In this document: piece after piece, positions 1 through 14,172 of the stretch
Layout: each line of letters starts with the position of its first letter
Numbering within the stretch: position 1 is the stretch's first letter
NCBI RefSeq assembly: GCF_006345805.1
Contig: NW_021833255.1
Location: 1-64,000 of the forward strand
Origin: Octopus sinensis
Taxonomy: Eukaryota
Length of the DNA: 64,000 nucleotides
Reading direction: 5' to 3'
Position numbers and translations under genes: made by a program
The notes under the pieces: generated by a model
The model's input: the letters and a program-made list of their open reading frames with translations, nothing else
Database searches by the model: none
What the model was told of the DNA's origin: nothing

Positions 1-53
1 AAAAAAATATTGTTTAAATATATTTGATTATTTATTTAACTATTATCATTAAC

Positions 54-141
54 CGGAAGATTGACTATAACCATAATTCGAATTATTAATGAATTTAAAT
101 TATTGTTATTCGAATTAGATTATGGGCATGAAACGATCGTA
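54..141 (+). ncRNA. Decayed hammerhead motif (U4 to G), same family as 30005-30078
   Basis: CGGAAGA 54-60 and GAAAC-GAUC-GUA 130-141; flanks match the reverse complement of 29880-30120. Confidence 0.5.
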
Positions 142-201
142 GGGGTTTTACTTTTTATCTTATATTAAACTTTTTATACTTTTTGGTAGTTATATATACT
201 T

Positions 202-243
<42 letters not shown>

Positions 244-1134
244 TATAATATAAATTAAACTTTTAAATTTTAACTTTAAATTTAAATTATTTAAATTTTG
301 AATTTTATATTTTATATAATTGTATTTTATATGAATTTATTTTATTTCTATGTTTTGGTTTATGTTATTCACTGTTTGATTTGCCTAAAAGTAAAATAGT
401 TTTATCTCTAATTTAATATATATAATATATATATATATAATATATATATATATAGTATAATATATATGTATGTAATACACAAATACACACACACACACAC
501 ACGCACACACGCACAAACACATATATATATAAATATGTATATTATATTATATATGTATGTGTGTGTGTATGTATGTATGTGTGTGAGTTTTTGTGTTACA
601 ATTTATATTTCTGATATGAACAGCTGTGGCAGTTGTCTGATTCGAATGAGCAGACGTTTGACCGCAGGCGTTCAATTATTGGTGATCGAACCATCTTTCA
701 TTCAATCATATCTAGGACTATATACCGTCTAACATGCATTTTGTTTTTGTAAAACGATAGAGAATAGTTTTTAGAGAAACTTTCTGCTTGCTGTTGTTTC
801 TGGCGTAACTTTGAGTCTCACGTGTTGGTCCATGTTTGATAAAATCTCTACAGATGTCGTACCATATCTTTTGTATGATTAAACTTGTTGATTCTATAAA
901 GCAAAGGTCACTATTTTGGTGTTTCACTGTCTTTTAACTATGCAACAACTTAATAATAGGGGTGAAAACGAGCTTAGTAAATAGGGACTTATTTGAATTA
1001 CTGATAAGACATGTATTTCTTTGAATATCTGATAAGAAATACTGATTACATATATTGAGATTGGTGGCTCAATAACTGTCGAGTGCTAAACAGAAATAGA
1101 AAGTACATTTAAAAAATGTTAAGATATTTGTTAA

Positions 1135-1262
1135 TTACAAAGACGAGCCATTACGCGAAGAGTCCTCTAAAGTGAAGGTCGCCAGCGCCCTTTTCACAGC
1201 CTCTCTCATCTTTTCCTTCAGCTTAGGGAACAACCAAAAGTCACAGGGAGCAAGGTATGAAC
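1135..1262 (-). mobile_element. Mariner transposase C-terminal fragment
   Basis: YLAPCDFWLFPKLK resembles the SPDLAPxDF third-aspartate motif. Confidence 0.7.
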
Positions 1263-1349
1263 TGTGTGTGTGTGACATAACACACACACACACACACAAA
1301 CATATATATACATACAGACATACACGTATATATATACATATATATGCAA

Positions 1350-1392
<43 letters not shown>

Positions 1393-1864
1393 TGTGTGTG
1401 CGTTTGTCCCCCAACATCGCTTGGCAACTGATGCTGTTGTGTTTACGTCCCCGTCACTTAGGGATTCGGCAAGAGAGACCGATAGAATAAGTCTTGGGGT
1501 CGATATGCTCGACTAAAGGCGGTGCTCCAGCATGGCCGCAGACAAATGACTGAAACAAATAAAAGAATAAAACAATATATACATACATACATGTATATAT
1601 ATGTATATATATATATATTTGGAGGGCAAGCCACTATGTGGTCGGCCGTATGCTAGAAGTAGATCACCTACGATCAAACTACGAAGAAAAGAATGTTCTC
1701 TAGAGGAAAATTCAGCGGAGACCAGAACGAAAATGGGGGCAAGACAGATGAAAATTAAATAACCTGATTTTCAGATCTTTGTAAGCTAGGCTACTGGTTT
1801 TAAATTGATGTTAATCAAATTAATATTCAATTTATCTCCCTCATTATTATATTACATATATATA

Positions 1865-1977
<113 letters not shown>

Positions 1978-1999
1978 TTGTGTATCTAATATATATTAT

Positions 2000-2033
<34 letters not shown>

Positions 2034-2063
2034 CATATATACATATATAATATATATATATAT

Positions 2064-2486
2064 ATACTAAGCAATAGGGTTTAGCAACGAGTTGCCTTAC
2101 CACATACCGAATTTAGAAATAGCAGTCAAAGGGTATAGCTATTTCTTCTACTAAAAATTCAATATATAATCATTTATGATTATAGTATTCTACGCTGAAG
2201 AGAAAAGAAGTTTCGGTAAGATAGAATTATTTATTAGTAATATTTAATATTTAATTCTTATGCTTTCCTTAAAACTTGATTTCGAAACGTACGTCCGTGG
2301 ATAACTAAAAAATGTATGATAGATTGCAGGTCAATTCATTCTCTCTTACCTTTTGTGTCTGCCTTCCAAATGCTGTTTTTACTGAGATCTCCCTTTTTAG
2401 TAGAAGAAATAGCTATAACCTTTGACTGCTATTCTAAATTCGGTATGTGGTAAGGCAACTCGTTGCTAAACCTTATTGCTTAGTAT
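2064..2486. repeat. ~93 bp inverted repeat (2064-2157 / 2394-2486) enclosing a hammerhead
   Basis: Arms match with about 2 mismatches; starts at the edge of a (TA)n tract. Confidence 0.92.
2189..2301 (+). ncRNA. Type I hammerhead ribozyme motif (intact core)
   Basis: Stem I UCUACG/CGUGGA; CUGAAGA 2195-2201; long stem II opening GAAA/UUUC then AAGUUU/AAACUU; GAAAC-GUAC-GUC 2284-2295. Confidence 0.85.
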
Positions 2487-2594
2487 TACTTAAATTTCCT
2501 CGAATGAGGCTTTTACATGCGAAGACACTTGGTGTAATTGATAATTTTTCCAAATTAATTAATTTCACCCCTTCATTATTACGGATAACTATAG

Positions 2595-2659
<65 letters not shown>

Positions 2660-2720
2660 TATATATATGTATATTATTATATATGATATATATTATATAT
2701 ATATATATACATATAACATT

Positions 2721-2802
<82 letters not shown>

Positions 2803-2950
2803 GACGGGCTTCTTTCAGTTCTGTGTACCAAATCCACTCGCTAGGCTTTGGATGGCCCGAGGCTACAGTGGAAGGCACTTGCCCAAGGTGCCACGAAGTG
2901 GGTTGAACCTGGGACCATGTGGTTGGGAAGCAAGCCTCTTATTACCACGC

Positions 2951-2987
<37 letters not shown>

Positions 2988-3382
2988 CGAAAGTATGTGC
3001 ATGCAGGCGCGTGTGTGTGTGTGTGTGTGTGCGCGTGCCTGCTTAAAAGCACCGATTTATTTATAGCACAGGGCAGCTCGTCTTACAAATGGCTCCTACG
3101 GCTGACGTTTATCTAAAACGAGGTCACTGGGTGACATACATTCCCTCCGTGCCATAATATTGACGTTGTCTGCTACGAGGCTGTCCGGGCGTGGGCGTGC
3201 TGCGCGCGCGAGCATTTGTGTGTGAGTGTAAACCATGGATGTTTGTATGAGTGTTGTGTGAGTGTGTGTCTATAATGATGTGTGTGGGTTAGTGTGTTTG
3301 CCTGCGTGAGCGTTTAAGTCGCGGTGTAGATGAATGGCGCGGTTGTAAATATGTCTGCTCCGTCATAAATATAAATATATAT

Positions 3383-3500
<118 letters not shown>

Positions 3501-3513
3501 ATATACAATATAA

Positions 3514-3558
<45 letters not shown>

Positions 3559-3636
3559 TATATATATATATATATATACACAAATATTAAATATAATATA
3601 AATATATATATATAAATATAAATATATATATAAATA

Positions 3637-3686
<50 letters not shown>

Positions 3687-4597
3687 GCACATATATATAT
3701 ATATGCACATACACACAAGTATATGATATGTACACACGTTTTACTTCGTCACGCCCTCCTCATTTTCCATGCAGTTTCCTGTGTTACTAGCATGTGACGT
3801 GTTACTCATGCAAGTTGCACTACTCAACATTCTTGTTTTACTGCAATTACTTATGAATAACTTTACAGCGCATAGCGACCCGGCAATGGCACCGAATGGT
3901 TCGTTATCCATTTACTGAAGTATTCTATCGTCCTAACCTTTATCCTTCGCTTTTTCTTACGCATTCCGATCTTTCTCTCTCTCACGCCCGTTCACTACTT
4001 TCATCTCTTCTTCTCTTACTTCAGTGTACCTCTGTCTGTCTGTCCGTTCTCTCTCTCTCTCTAGTATTAATGTTGTTGGTTGAGACACTCCTTTTGAACG
4101 TTTGTTAAAAAACGCTTGAAGTTATAACATTTATTGTGTTTTTAAAATCAGGGCGGCTTTAATCAAGCATAGCCCACGATCGAAAGCGTTCCACTCACGA
4201 CCACTTCGTCTTATATTTATCGATTTATCTATCTATTTCAAATATTATTAATTTAATAACAAACTGCGGCCAGACAGATACCTTCGTCAACGTAGGAGTG
4301 TGACCTCCGTAAAGGAAATAAAAAGAAATTGTTGACAGTATCACTAGGGTGGGGTTTTATGGTACAACGTAACCCAGGGTTATTAGAAAATCGTAATTCG
4401 GCTCTGGCAGTTTAAACGTAATCTATCGTACAAATGCCCCCGTTTTTGTTATGACAGTGAGATGGGGTTTTAAGGAGATTTGACGGTGTTTTCTCGGATG
4501 TTGAGCAAAAACGTAGTGTTTCCACTGTTTGCTCATATAACTTCTGTCGTATATATTCATATGTATGTATGCATATATGCATATACACACACGCACA

Positions 4598-4638
<41 letters not shown>

Positions 4639-4645
4639 TATATAG

Positions 4646-4680
<35 letters not shown>

Positions 4681-4764
4681 GATTATGTTATATATATATA
4701 TATGTAATATATATATTAATATACATATATATATATATACATGTATAAATACATACACAACACA

Positions 4765-4807
<43 letters not shown>

Positions 4808-5041
4808 ATATGTATGTGTGTTATTATGTTTATGTGTCTGTGCTTGTCCCCCCAACATCGCTTGACAACGGGTGCTGGTGTGCTTACATCCCCGTAACTT
4901 AGCGGTTTGGCGAAAGAGACCGAAGAATAAGTACTAGGATTACAAAGAATATTCTGTGGTCGATTTATTCGACTAAGAAGGTGCTCCAGCATGGCCGCAG
5001 TCAAATGACTGAAACAAGCAAAAGAATATATATTATATATT

Positions 5042-5099
<58 letters not shown>

Positions 5100-5534
5100 G
5101 TACATTTAAACACATAAGAAGTATCCGTCCATAGGATCCTGACACGCTAGAAGGAACAGCCAAAATCCAAACCACTATGGATTTGGCGCTTCCTTCTAGC
5201 TTGAAAATGGAAATATACTTAATATGATGTAGTCCTAGGTATTCGTAGGTTTCAAAACATAAAAAGGTAAAAGAAAAAAAAAGAGAACAAGACTCTACAT
5301 ACATCGAAACACACTCAAGGTTGTCCAAACAACTTCAGTGTTTTTGGATAATAGAATAAAAAATATATAAAAAAATTACATGTATGTATATATATATATA
5401 TGTATATATGTATATATATATGTATATATGTATATATATATATATGTATATATGTTATATATTATATTATATGTATATATATATATATGTATATATATAT
5501 GTGATATATATATTTTTATATATATATGTATGTA

Positions 5535-5579
<45 letters not shown>

Positions 5580-5644
5580 CACTATATATATATATATACA
5601 TATATATATATACACATATATATATATATACATATATTATATAC

Positions 5645-5690
<46 letters not shown>

Positions 5691-5860
5691 TTTTATATAT
5701 ATATATATATATATTTAATTATATATATATATATATACATACATACACTTTCACGCATAATGCATTATAATGCAAACATACTCACGCTTACATGCGTACA
5801 TATGCACACACGTATGTAGGTGTGCGCATGCGTACAAACATGTGTGTGTGGGAAAGCGAG

Positions 5861-5894
<34 letters not shown>

Positions 5895-6363
5895 GAGAAA
5901 GATGAATGGAGAATCTATCCACGTGTCTTTTTATTTAGTCGGGTAACTGCTGCCAGGGTAATTATTTAATTCAAGTCCAGTGGTGATCAAGCAGAGCTAT
6001 GGTCAAATCCATTCCAGCTGTAACCAATTAATCCAACATATTTATTGAAGATGCGAATTGTAAGATATTTAGTTGTTATTTCTAGCAAGTCGAACTCTCA
6101 CATAGCAGCTCTGTCGTAGGCGTTTTGTGTATAATTTCTGAGGCGTTTGTTACTCGCGGTGTTAACAAATGTTCTATTCAGTTTGCTGCGTGACTTCTCT
6201 CTGTTTCATGCCTGAATTACCGCCAGAGTCTTAGAATCTTTAGAACATCGTATAAAATACCTTTTATTGTTTCTTGTGGCTAAGGCGGTGATCTGGCAGA
6301 AATGTTAGCACGCCGGGCAAAATGCTTGGCGGTATTTCGTCTGCCGCTACGTTCTGAGCTCAA

Positions 6364-6768
6364 GTGGAGGCGCAATGGCCCAGTGGTTAGGGCAGCGGAC
6401 TCGCGGTCGTAGGATCGCGGTTTTCGATTCCCAGACCGGGCGTTGTGAGTGTTTATTGAGCGAAAACACGAGGCTCCGGCAGGGGATAGTGATGATCCCT
6501 GCTGTACTCTTTCACCACAACTTTCTCTCACTCTTACTTCCTGTTTCTGTTGTACCAGTATTTCAAAGGGCCGGCCTTGTCACTCTCTGTGTCACGCTGA
6601 ATATCCCCGAGAACTACGCTATGGGTACACGTGTCTGTGGAGTGCTCAGCCACTTACACGTCAATTTCACGAGCAGGCTGTTCCGTTGATCGGATCATCC
6701 GGAACCCTCGTCGTCATAACCGACGGAGTGCTTCCATCCATCCATCCATCCATCCATCCATCCATCCA
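6364..6768 (+). mobile_element. tRNA-derived SINE family C (Octopus OR-like) with (CCAT)n tail, nested in a family B SINE
   Basis: A/B-box head; near-identical copy at 7754-8120; flanked by TCTGAG(C/T)TCAA duplication. Confidence 0.85.
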
Positions 6769-7063
6769 TCTGAGTTCAAATTCCGCCCAGGTCGACTTTG
6801 CCTGTCATCCTTTCGGGGTCGATAAATTAAGTACCAGTTACGCACTGGGGTCGATGTAATCAACTTAGCTACCCTCCCACATATTCCAGGCCTTGTGCCT
6901 ATAGTAGAAAGGATTAATTCTTGTAGCTAAGGCGACGAGTTGGTAGAACCGCTATCACGCCGGACAAAATGCTTTGCGAGCGATATATCGTCCGTCTTAC
7001 GTTCTGAGCTCAAATTCTGCCGAGGTAGACTTTGGCCTTTCATCCTTTCGGGGAATGAAATAA

Positions 7064-7228
7064 GTATTGGTTTGGTGCATAATTATTGCGGCTCTTTTTC
7101 CAACAAATTTTAGTCAACAAAAACAATAACAACATGTAACAAAAACATCTTTAAATGATTATTCCGGAGCATATTCACCATCTACCTCAATTACTGCTTC
7201 CCATTTGCTTGGCATGCGGCCAGACCGT
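7064..7228 (-). mobile_element. Mariner 3' end with TIR
   Basis: TATTGGTTTGGTGCATAATTATTGCGG resembles a mariner TIR; the minus strand reads PSKWEAVIEVDGEY. Confidence 0.6.
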
Positions 7229-7753
7229 CATTTAAAGATATTTTTGTTAAATATTGTTTTTGTTGTATAAAATTTGCTGAAAATAAAAGCTGCAATAATA
7301 ATGCACCAACCAGTCGAGAACAGAGATCGATATAATCGATTTACCTCGACCTCCCCCCAACAAAATGACTGGTCTTGTATCAAAATTTGAAACACATATT
7401 TGGTTTGGATGTTCAAATTCCACCGAGTTCGTATTTGTCTCTCATCCTTTCGGGGTTGATGTAATTGACTTATCCCGACCCCTGAAATTACTGGCCTTGT
7501 GCGAAAATTAGAAATCATTATTTCTTCTGGCTAATCAAATCCTATCGAGATCGACTCTGCCTGACACCCTTTCGGGGTTGATAAATAAAGACCAGTTAAT
7601 CCCTGAGATTAATGTAATCAACAAACCCCTTCTCCAACAACTTGAGCCTTGTGCCTATAATAGAAAAGATTATTCCTTATTTCATAAGTTCCTGTAGCAT
7701 TTTTTCCCCAGTTTAACACGAGCCTTTATTGCATAGTGAGCTTTCTCATTACC

Positions 7754-8120
7754 TGGAGGCGCAATGGCCCAGTGGTTAGGGCAGCGGACTCGCGGTTTCG
7801 AGACCCAGACCGGGCGTTGTGAATGTTTATTCAGCGAAAACACCTAAAGCTCCACGAGTCTCCGGCAGGGGATGGTGGTGATCCCTGCTGTACCCTTTCA
7901 CCACAACTTTCTCTCACTCTTACTTCCTGTTTCTGTTGTACCTGTATTTCAAAGGGCCGGCCTTGTCACTCTCTGTGTCACGCTGAATATCCCCGAGAAC
8001 TACGTTAAGGGTACACGTATCTGTGGAGTGCTCAGCCACTTACACGTTAATTTCACGAGCAGGCTGTTCCGTTGATTCGGATCAACCGGAACCCTCGTCG
8101 TCGTAACCGACGGAGTGCTT
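7754..8120 (+). mobile_element. tRNA-derived SINE family C
   Basis: High identity to 6364-6735. Confidence 0.85.
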
Positions 8121-8567
8121 CTCTCTCATTACCTTCTCGTCCATAACAATTGGAACAATATTTTCCTCATGAATATCTCTGCCGAATATAACAATAAATG
8201 CCAACATTGCACGCCATGCCTTACAGAGAATATCACAATTTGCGTTGTTAAACTGAATCCCATGGAAATAGATGCAAAATGAATATTCACGTTTGAACAA
8301 TCAAACCATATATCGGTCAAACCAGTCTATGAAATTACGCATCGAAAACGGAGATTTTACATAGCATCCGATCAAAAAATCGATCAGAAAGCAGTCTCAC
8401 AGACCTTACAAAATACTATTGTTTCAATGAAATCACAGAGAGCAGACGACCATCGCTGGAAAATATTTGGTTGAAAGAAATCAAAAGCCATTATTTAAAA
8501 ATCACACGAATCGTATATTACACACGCAATCAAACACACACTCACGAACACACACGGACACACACAC

Positions 8568-8611
<44 letters not shown>

Positions 8612-8673
8612 CACACACACACACACACATAATAATATATGCACACACACACACTCATATATATATATATATG

Positions 8674-8717
<44 letters not shown>

Positions 8718-8795
8718 TACACACACACATATACACGTACATAAATACATATACGTACATGCATGTACATACACACATCTGAGCATAAATTTGAA

Positions 8796-10267
8796 ATGTC
8801 AAAAATTACCCGGTGCCTTAAAAAATACTCATCATGTCGTTGGAGGTTGTCCTATGCTTGTTTAGCAGCTGTTCTCCTGTTAACAGCATTACGAGTTGAC
8901 CTCGGTATCGCCTTTGCTTGTATGCTGAAAACATCCAACAGTTCACTTCAAGAACTTAATCATACCGGAATAAAGGAAGAATGTTTAGGGTCGGAGAATC
9001 ATTTACCGAATAAAACATTTGAAGGCGAGTTCGAATGGAGTAACTCTTTACAGTCCCACATGTTGGCTGGGTATTATTATGGGTATACCGTGACTAATGT
9101 ATTTGGTGGTATGTTAGCCGACAAGTATGGCGGTAAAAATGTTCTGGGATTTACCCTTATTTCGGTTTCTACTTTGACTCTTCTCTACCCAAGTTTGTCT
9201 CGAATAAGTGGGTACTTTACCCTTGTTTTAAGGATTTTAACGGGTTTGTTATCAGGGTCTATGTATCCATCAGTCCAGTCGTTGTGGGGACGTTGGGCAC
9301 CACCCGAAGAGAGAAGCTCACTAGTTGCGTTTTCGTTTTCTGGCCAAACCTTAGGGACCATTATATGCATGTCGATCTCAGGTTTCCTTTGTGAATATGG
9401 ATTTGACAACGGATGGGGTTCTATATTTTACTTATTCGGTGGAACAACGCTGCTGTTTAGCTGTGTGTGGTTTTATGTTGTTTACAATAATCCAGATGAC
9501 CACCCCAACATCAACGAAGAAGAACGAGTATATTTAAACAGAAACAGAAAAGATAAGAGTGAAGTAAAAAATGTACCTTGGAGGAAAATACTGTCTTCTT
9601 CCGCTATTTGGGCCATTGCTATCGTCCATATGATATCTAGCTGGACAAATACGGTCTTCCAGATGTTGTTACCATTATATATGAAAGAAGTATTAAACAT
9701 TGATCCTTCGGCGAATGGTTTAATGTCTTCAACTCCGTCGTTGGGACAATTCATATTCTTACCATTATCAGGAAAACTTGCAGATGTTCTACTTTCCAAG
9801 AATTATCTGTCAACTCGTTCAGTCCGAGTAATATTCCAGTCTATCTCCCTTGGTGGATCAGCATCTTTGCTTATTGTCATCGGATTTCTGGAATGTGATC
9901 AGACGATTTTAACAGGAATCCTTTTTTTCCTCTCTGGCTGTGCCATGGCATTTTATTCTGGTGCTTCCTAGTAAACCATATCGACGTTGCTCCCAGATAT
10001 GCTGGAGTTTTATACGGATTTACCAATACATTTGCATCAATATGTAGTATTTTATGCCCCTTAGCGGTTAAAGCTCTTACACCAAACGGTACTCAAACCG
10101 AATGGCGAACAGTGTTGATCTTGAGTGGCGCCTTCTCTTTCTGTGGTGCATTGATTTTCGCGATATTTGCGAAAGGAAGCGAACAAGAGTGGGCTGTTAC
10201 TAGAGACGATTCTTCGCGAATATCTACAAAACTTGAAGAACCTATGATGCTGAAAGAACGTTGTTAA
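8796..10267 (+). pseudogene. SLC17A5-like: SLC17 sialin-like MFS anion transporter, copy 1 (single exon, one -1 frameshift near 9967)
   Basis: ATG 8796; motifs LRVDL, GGMLADKYGGK, WGRWAPPEERS, LLPLYMKEVL. The ORF stops at 9971 but continues in a shifted frame from 9968 (LVNHIDVAPRYAG...EWAV) to TAA 10265-10267. The frameshift could be an assembly error. Confidence 0.88.
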
Positions 10268-10345
10268 AATTTGTTGTTTAATTCGTTAATATACAAAATA
10301 TATTATTCCCGGGTTAATTGATGATATTCGAGATATTTTCATGGG

Positions 10346-10378
<33 letters not shown>

Positions 10379-10406
10379 TGTATGTATGTATGTATGTATG
10401 TATATA

Positions 10407-10607
10407 TATAATCAAAATAAGCAACAAGGTCATGCAGTACGACCGTTTCATGCGACTCCATTTAATTGAACAATGCATATATTACATCAGTTTAATTGCA
10501 CTACATTTTAAATTGATGTAATATTTGCATTGTTCAATTAAATGGAGTCGCATGAAACGATCGTACTGCGTTACCTCTGGATATCCTTGTTGCTTATTTT
10601 GATTATA
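10407..10607. repeat. Fold-back inverted repeat with hammerhead remnants in both arms
   Basis: 10407-10495 vs 10508-10607; GAAACGATCGTA at 10554-10565. Confidence 0.85.
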
Positions 10608-10719
10608 ATCTCCCCATTTTGAATTATATGGATAATACCATACTAAATTCTGGTGCCTTAACTTAATCTATATTCAACTCAATCTATACGAATATATATA
10701 TATATATATATATAATATT

Positions 10720-10799
<80 letters not shown>

Positions 10800-11655
10800 A
10801 TACATACATATATACAAACATAAAAAGAAATAACACAAGCGGGTTGATGTTCACTTCAGCTGCCTGATATGTTATTTATTAATTGACGAATAAACCAATT
10901 ACATCGTGACAAGAAAAAAAAAACGCCTTTTCAAGCTGAATTAAAACTTAAAATCTAAAATTGGTTTCACAAAAAAATATGAAGGTATGGATTGCGTGTT
11001 GATCTTCTGAATTTGGAAACAAGTAAGAGTGAGAGTCTGTGCCGAAGCATAGGTGTATGCTTGTGTGTGTGTGTTTCTTTGTTAGTGTGCGTGTTTGATT
11101 GTTAGTGTGTGTGTATTGATGCGTGTGTGTGTGTTTATATGAATATATAAACAGAAATGACTCTCACGAAAGCAGCATTAATTTGTTTGGTCGTTGAATT
11201 TTTCTCAACGGATCAATAGACGGATTGAATAAACCCATCAGCAATGAACCTACAATGATTACTGGAAACAACTGTTAGTCAAATTTACTACAATAAAGAA
11301 AAAATATTTAACGACCATTATTTATAACTTGTATCATATATGTATATAAATATATTTTTATAACATTAAAATCCAATGCCTGTATTTTAGCGAAAGCTTT
11401 ACAATGTGGAGAAAAATACTTCTACCAAACAGGAGCTGTTAACTTCCACAATTCCCTGACATGGATTATCATCGAACATTCTCATTGGAAATTGCTAATT
11501 GGCATTATCTATAAGTGTATTATTTATTTGATCATGGAACAACCGAATGCAAACAAAATTTATTCTGATCCTTCACCAACTTTTTGATAAACTGGAATAT
11601 ACAAATATCGTCGACTGGTGAGATTCCCTCATTTTTACATTCCCCTCACTCCCAC

Positions 11656-11743
11656 CTCTCTGATGCCGGAATACTCAGCTTATGGAATACTTAATCAATA
11701 TGATGATCCACATTTTTGACTATTCTTGAAACAGCTGTAAGAG
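11656..11743 (+). ncRNA. Hammerhead ribozyme motif (A9 to C, slightly decayed)
   Basis: Stem I CUCU/AGAG; CUGAUGC 11660-11666; stem II GGAAUA/UAUUCU; GAAAC-AGCU-GUA 11728-11739. Confidence 0.65.
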
Positions 11744-12106
11744 ACTCTGCATGTTTATATTCTTTATATAAATTAAATGTCCTTTTCAAACCTTTTGCGT
11801 TTTCATTTCTTCTTTAATCTCTCTTGTATATATAATTTAATCTCTCTTATATATATAATTTAATCTCTCTTATATATATATTTATATATCTCTTGTTTTC
11901 GTAAATATTCGTTGCTTTCTTCCAAGGAATCTAATGCTCTTAGCTTAGTTTTTCCTTCAGAATGGCCAGATTGGAGCAAGTCTGGATGTTTGCGCTGAGC
12001 AGCTGATTATGTATGTATGTATGTATGTATGTATGTATGTATGTATGTATGTATGTATGTATGTATGTACGTATGTATGTATGTGTCTGTCTGCCAGTCT
12101 ACCTAC

Positions 12107-12196
<90 letters not shown>

Positions 12197-12208
12197 GTCT
12201 GTCTATCA

Positions 12209-12246
<38 letters not shown>

Positions 12247-12506
12247 GTCTATCTATATATCAATCTATCTATCTATCAATCTATCTATTTATCTATATAC
12301 TTACCTATCTGTCTGCCAGTCTGTCTGTTTGTCTCACCACCCACCCTATTGTCCTTATCTGCGTTTATATATCACGATAGAAACTTGTCAAAGAATGTAT
12401 CAAAAAGGATTCTTATACGCGGCCATGACGATGCATACCTATCATGGGAGCCCTAATTGAAAAGGAAGGCTTCAGGTAAGAAAAATTACATTCCATATAT
12501 ACATAC

Positions 12507-12639
<133 letters not shown>

Positions 12640-12657
12640 TAAGAATAATAATAATAC

Positions 12658-13075
12658 AGCGAAAGAGTTTGACAAGCTCAAAAAATATAAAGACCTACTC
12701 ATTGAAATTGAGAAAATGTGGCATCTCAAGGCGGTTACAATACCAGTGATCGTAGGAGCACTAGGAATGATCAAGAAGGGAACCGAAAATTATATGAGAA
12801 TGATCCCTGGTTTACCATCCCTGCAAGAAGTGCAAAAGATTGTCTTAACTGGCACATCACACGTATTGAGAAGAGCATTGTCGATGTGAGAACTGTTGCT
12901 GCTCATGTATTTTAATTTAACTTAAAAAAAAAAAAAATGAACGTACTATTGAGTTTGGCTTAATGGCCTACAATGAATACTATGAGTTTCTTTCCTTGCC
13001 CTAGGAGTCGGGAAGACACTCGGCAAGAAATGGAAGCAAATTTGAAAGAAGAAAAAAAAAAAGAATTAATAAAAT
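12658..13075 (+). mobile_element. 5'-truncated R4/Dong-like non-LTR tail embedded in (TAA)n (duplicate at ~20506-20820)
   Basis: Translates to KYKDLLIEIEKMWHLKAVTIPVIVGALGMIKKG..LQEVQKIVLTGTSHVLRRAL; (TAA)n on both sides. Clade assignment is from motif recall. Confidence 0.6.
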
Positions 13076-13089
13076 AATATATAATAATA

Positions 13090-13134
<45 letters not shown>

Positions 13135-13675
13135 TGTATACGAATCTCAATCTATGTATCCATGCATCACTTTGATTCCTTGATTCCACTTATTGCTACA
13201 AAGTTACCCCGAAGAATTAGTCCCTCGTCAAGACATCGGGTCTAAGTTCACTACAGAGTGTTTTCTATACCAACAATTTCTAGACATCATCTGTTGACTT
13301 ATGGGTGTAAACTTATTTACACATACATATGCGTGCATGTGTGTATGCGCTTATATGTGTATGTGTGTATGGGTGTGTATGAGGGTGGGCGTATACATAC
13401 TACTACACGCTAAAAATATATGAATAGTCGTTGTAGAAGAGGCCCCAACAGTTTAGTGGTTAGTACAACTTTCATATGAACACGTCCATCACACGGTATG
13501 TACATTACTTTTGATTAAGCGTAAAAATCTTTTGGTTATACAATTTTTCAATGAATATTTGTTTCAGGCGATTATATTGCTAGTTATATTCAAACCTAAA
13601 TACATACATATACATTCATAAATTTATATAAGCATACATATATATATATATATATATATTCATAAATTTATATAA

Positions 13676-13727
<52 letters not shown>

Positions 13728-14095
13728 AGATAGGGGTTATGAAAGTAACCCACTATGGGAATATCAGTTATCCAATATACTGCTGGTGAAGTACCCAAAT
13801 ACTAAATACATAAATGCTTATAATTGCAATGCAATGCAATTAATTCATTTATTTTATTGAATTGGTGAAGGTAAAAAAATTTTTACCGTAAATTCATAAT
13901 ACAAATAAGAAAATGGAGGAACAAATTCATTTCGATCATCAACTTACGGATATTACATTTCACATCATTTATTAATTATACAAATGGGAACACGAATTTC
14001 GAACAAAATAATATACATCAATGTAAAATAAAAATAAAAAAAAAATAATACAAATAAACTGCTCCTTACAGCTATATATTCATAAATTATATAAG

Positions 14096-14172
<77 letters not shown>

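Noticed and set aside
718-927. 69 aa non-repetitive ORF
   Set aside because: Short, no recognisable motif and no splice or paralog support.
5139-5210. Long hairpin GCTAGAAGGAA...TTCCTTCTAGC after CTGACAC
   Set aside because: Both core boxes deviate and no stem III/NUH is found; not callable as a ribozyme.
6364-6445. tRNA-like sequence
   Set aside because: Head of a multi-copy SINE; no complete cloverleaf or acceptor stem.
9185-9799. Antisense ORFs over SLC17 copies (also 16492-16971, 39987-40655, 47443-48039)
   Set aside because: Shadow frames of the transporter coding sequence.
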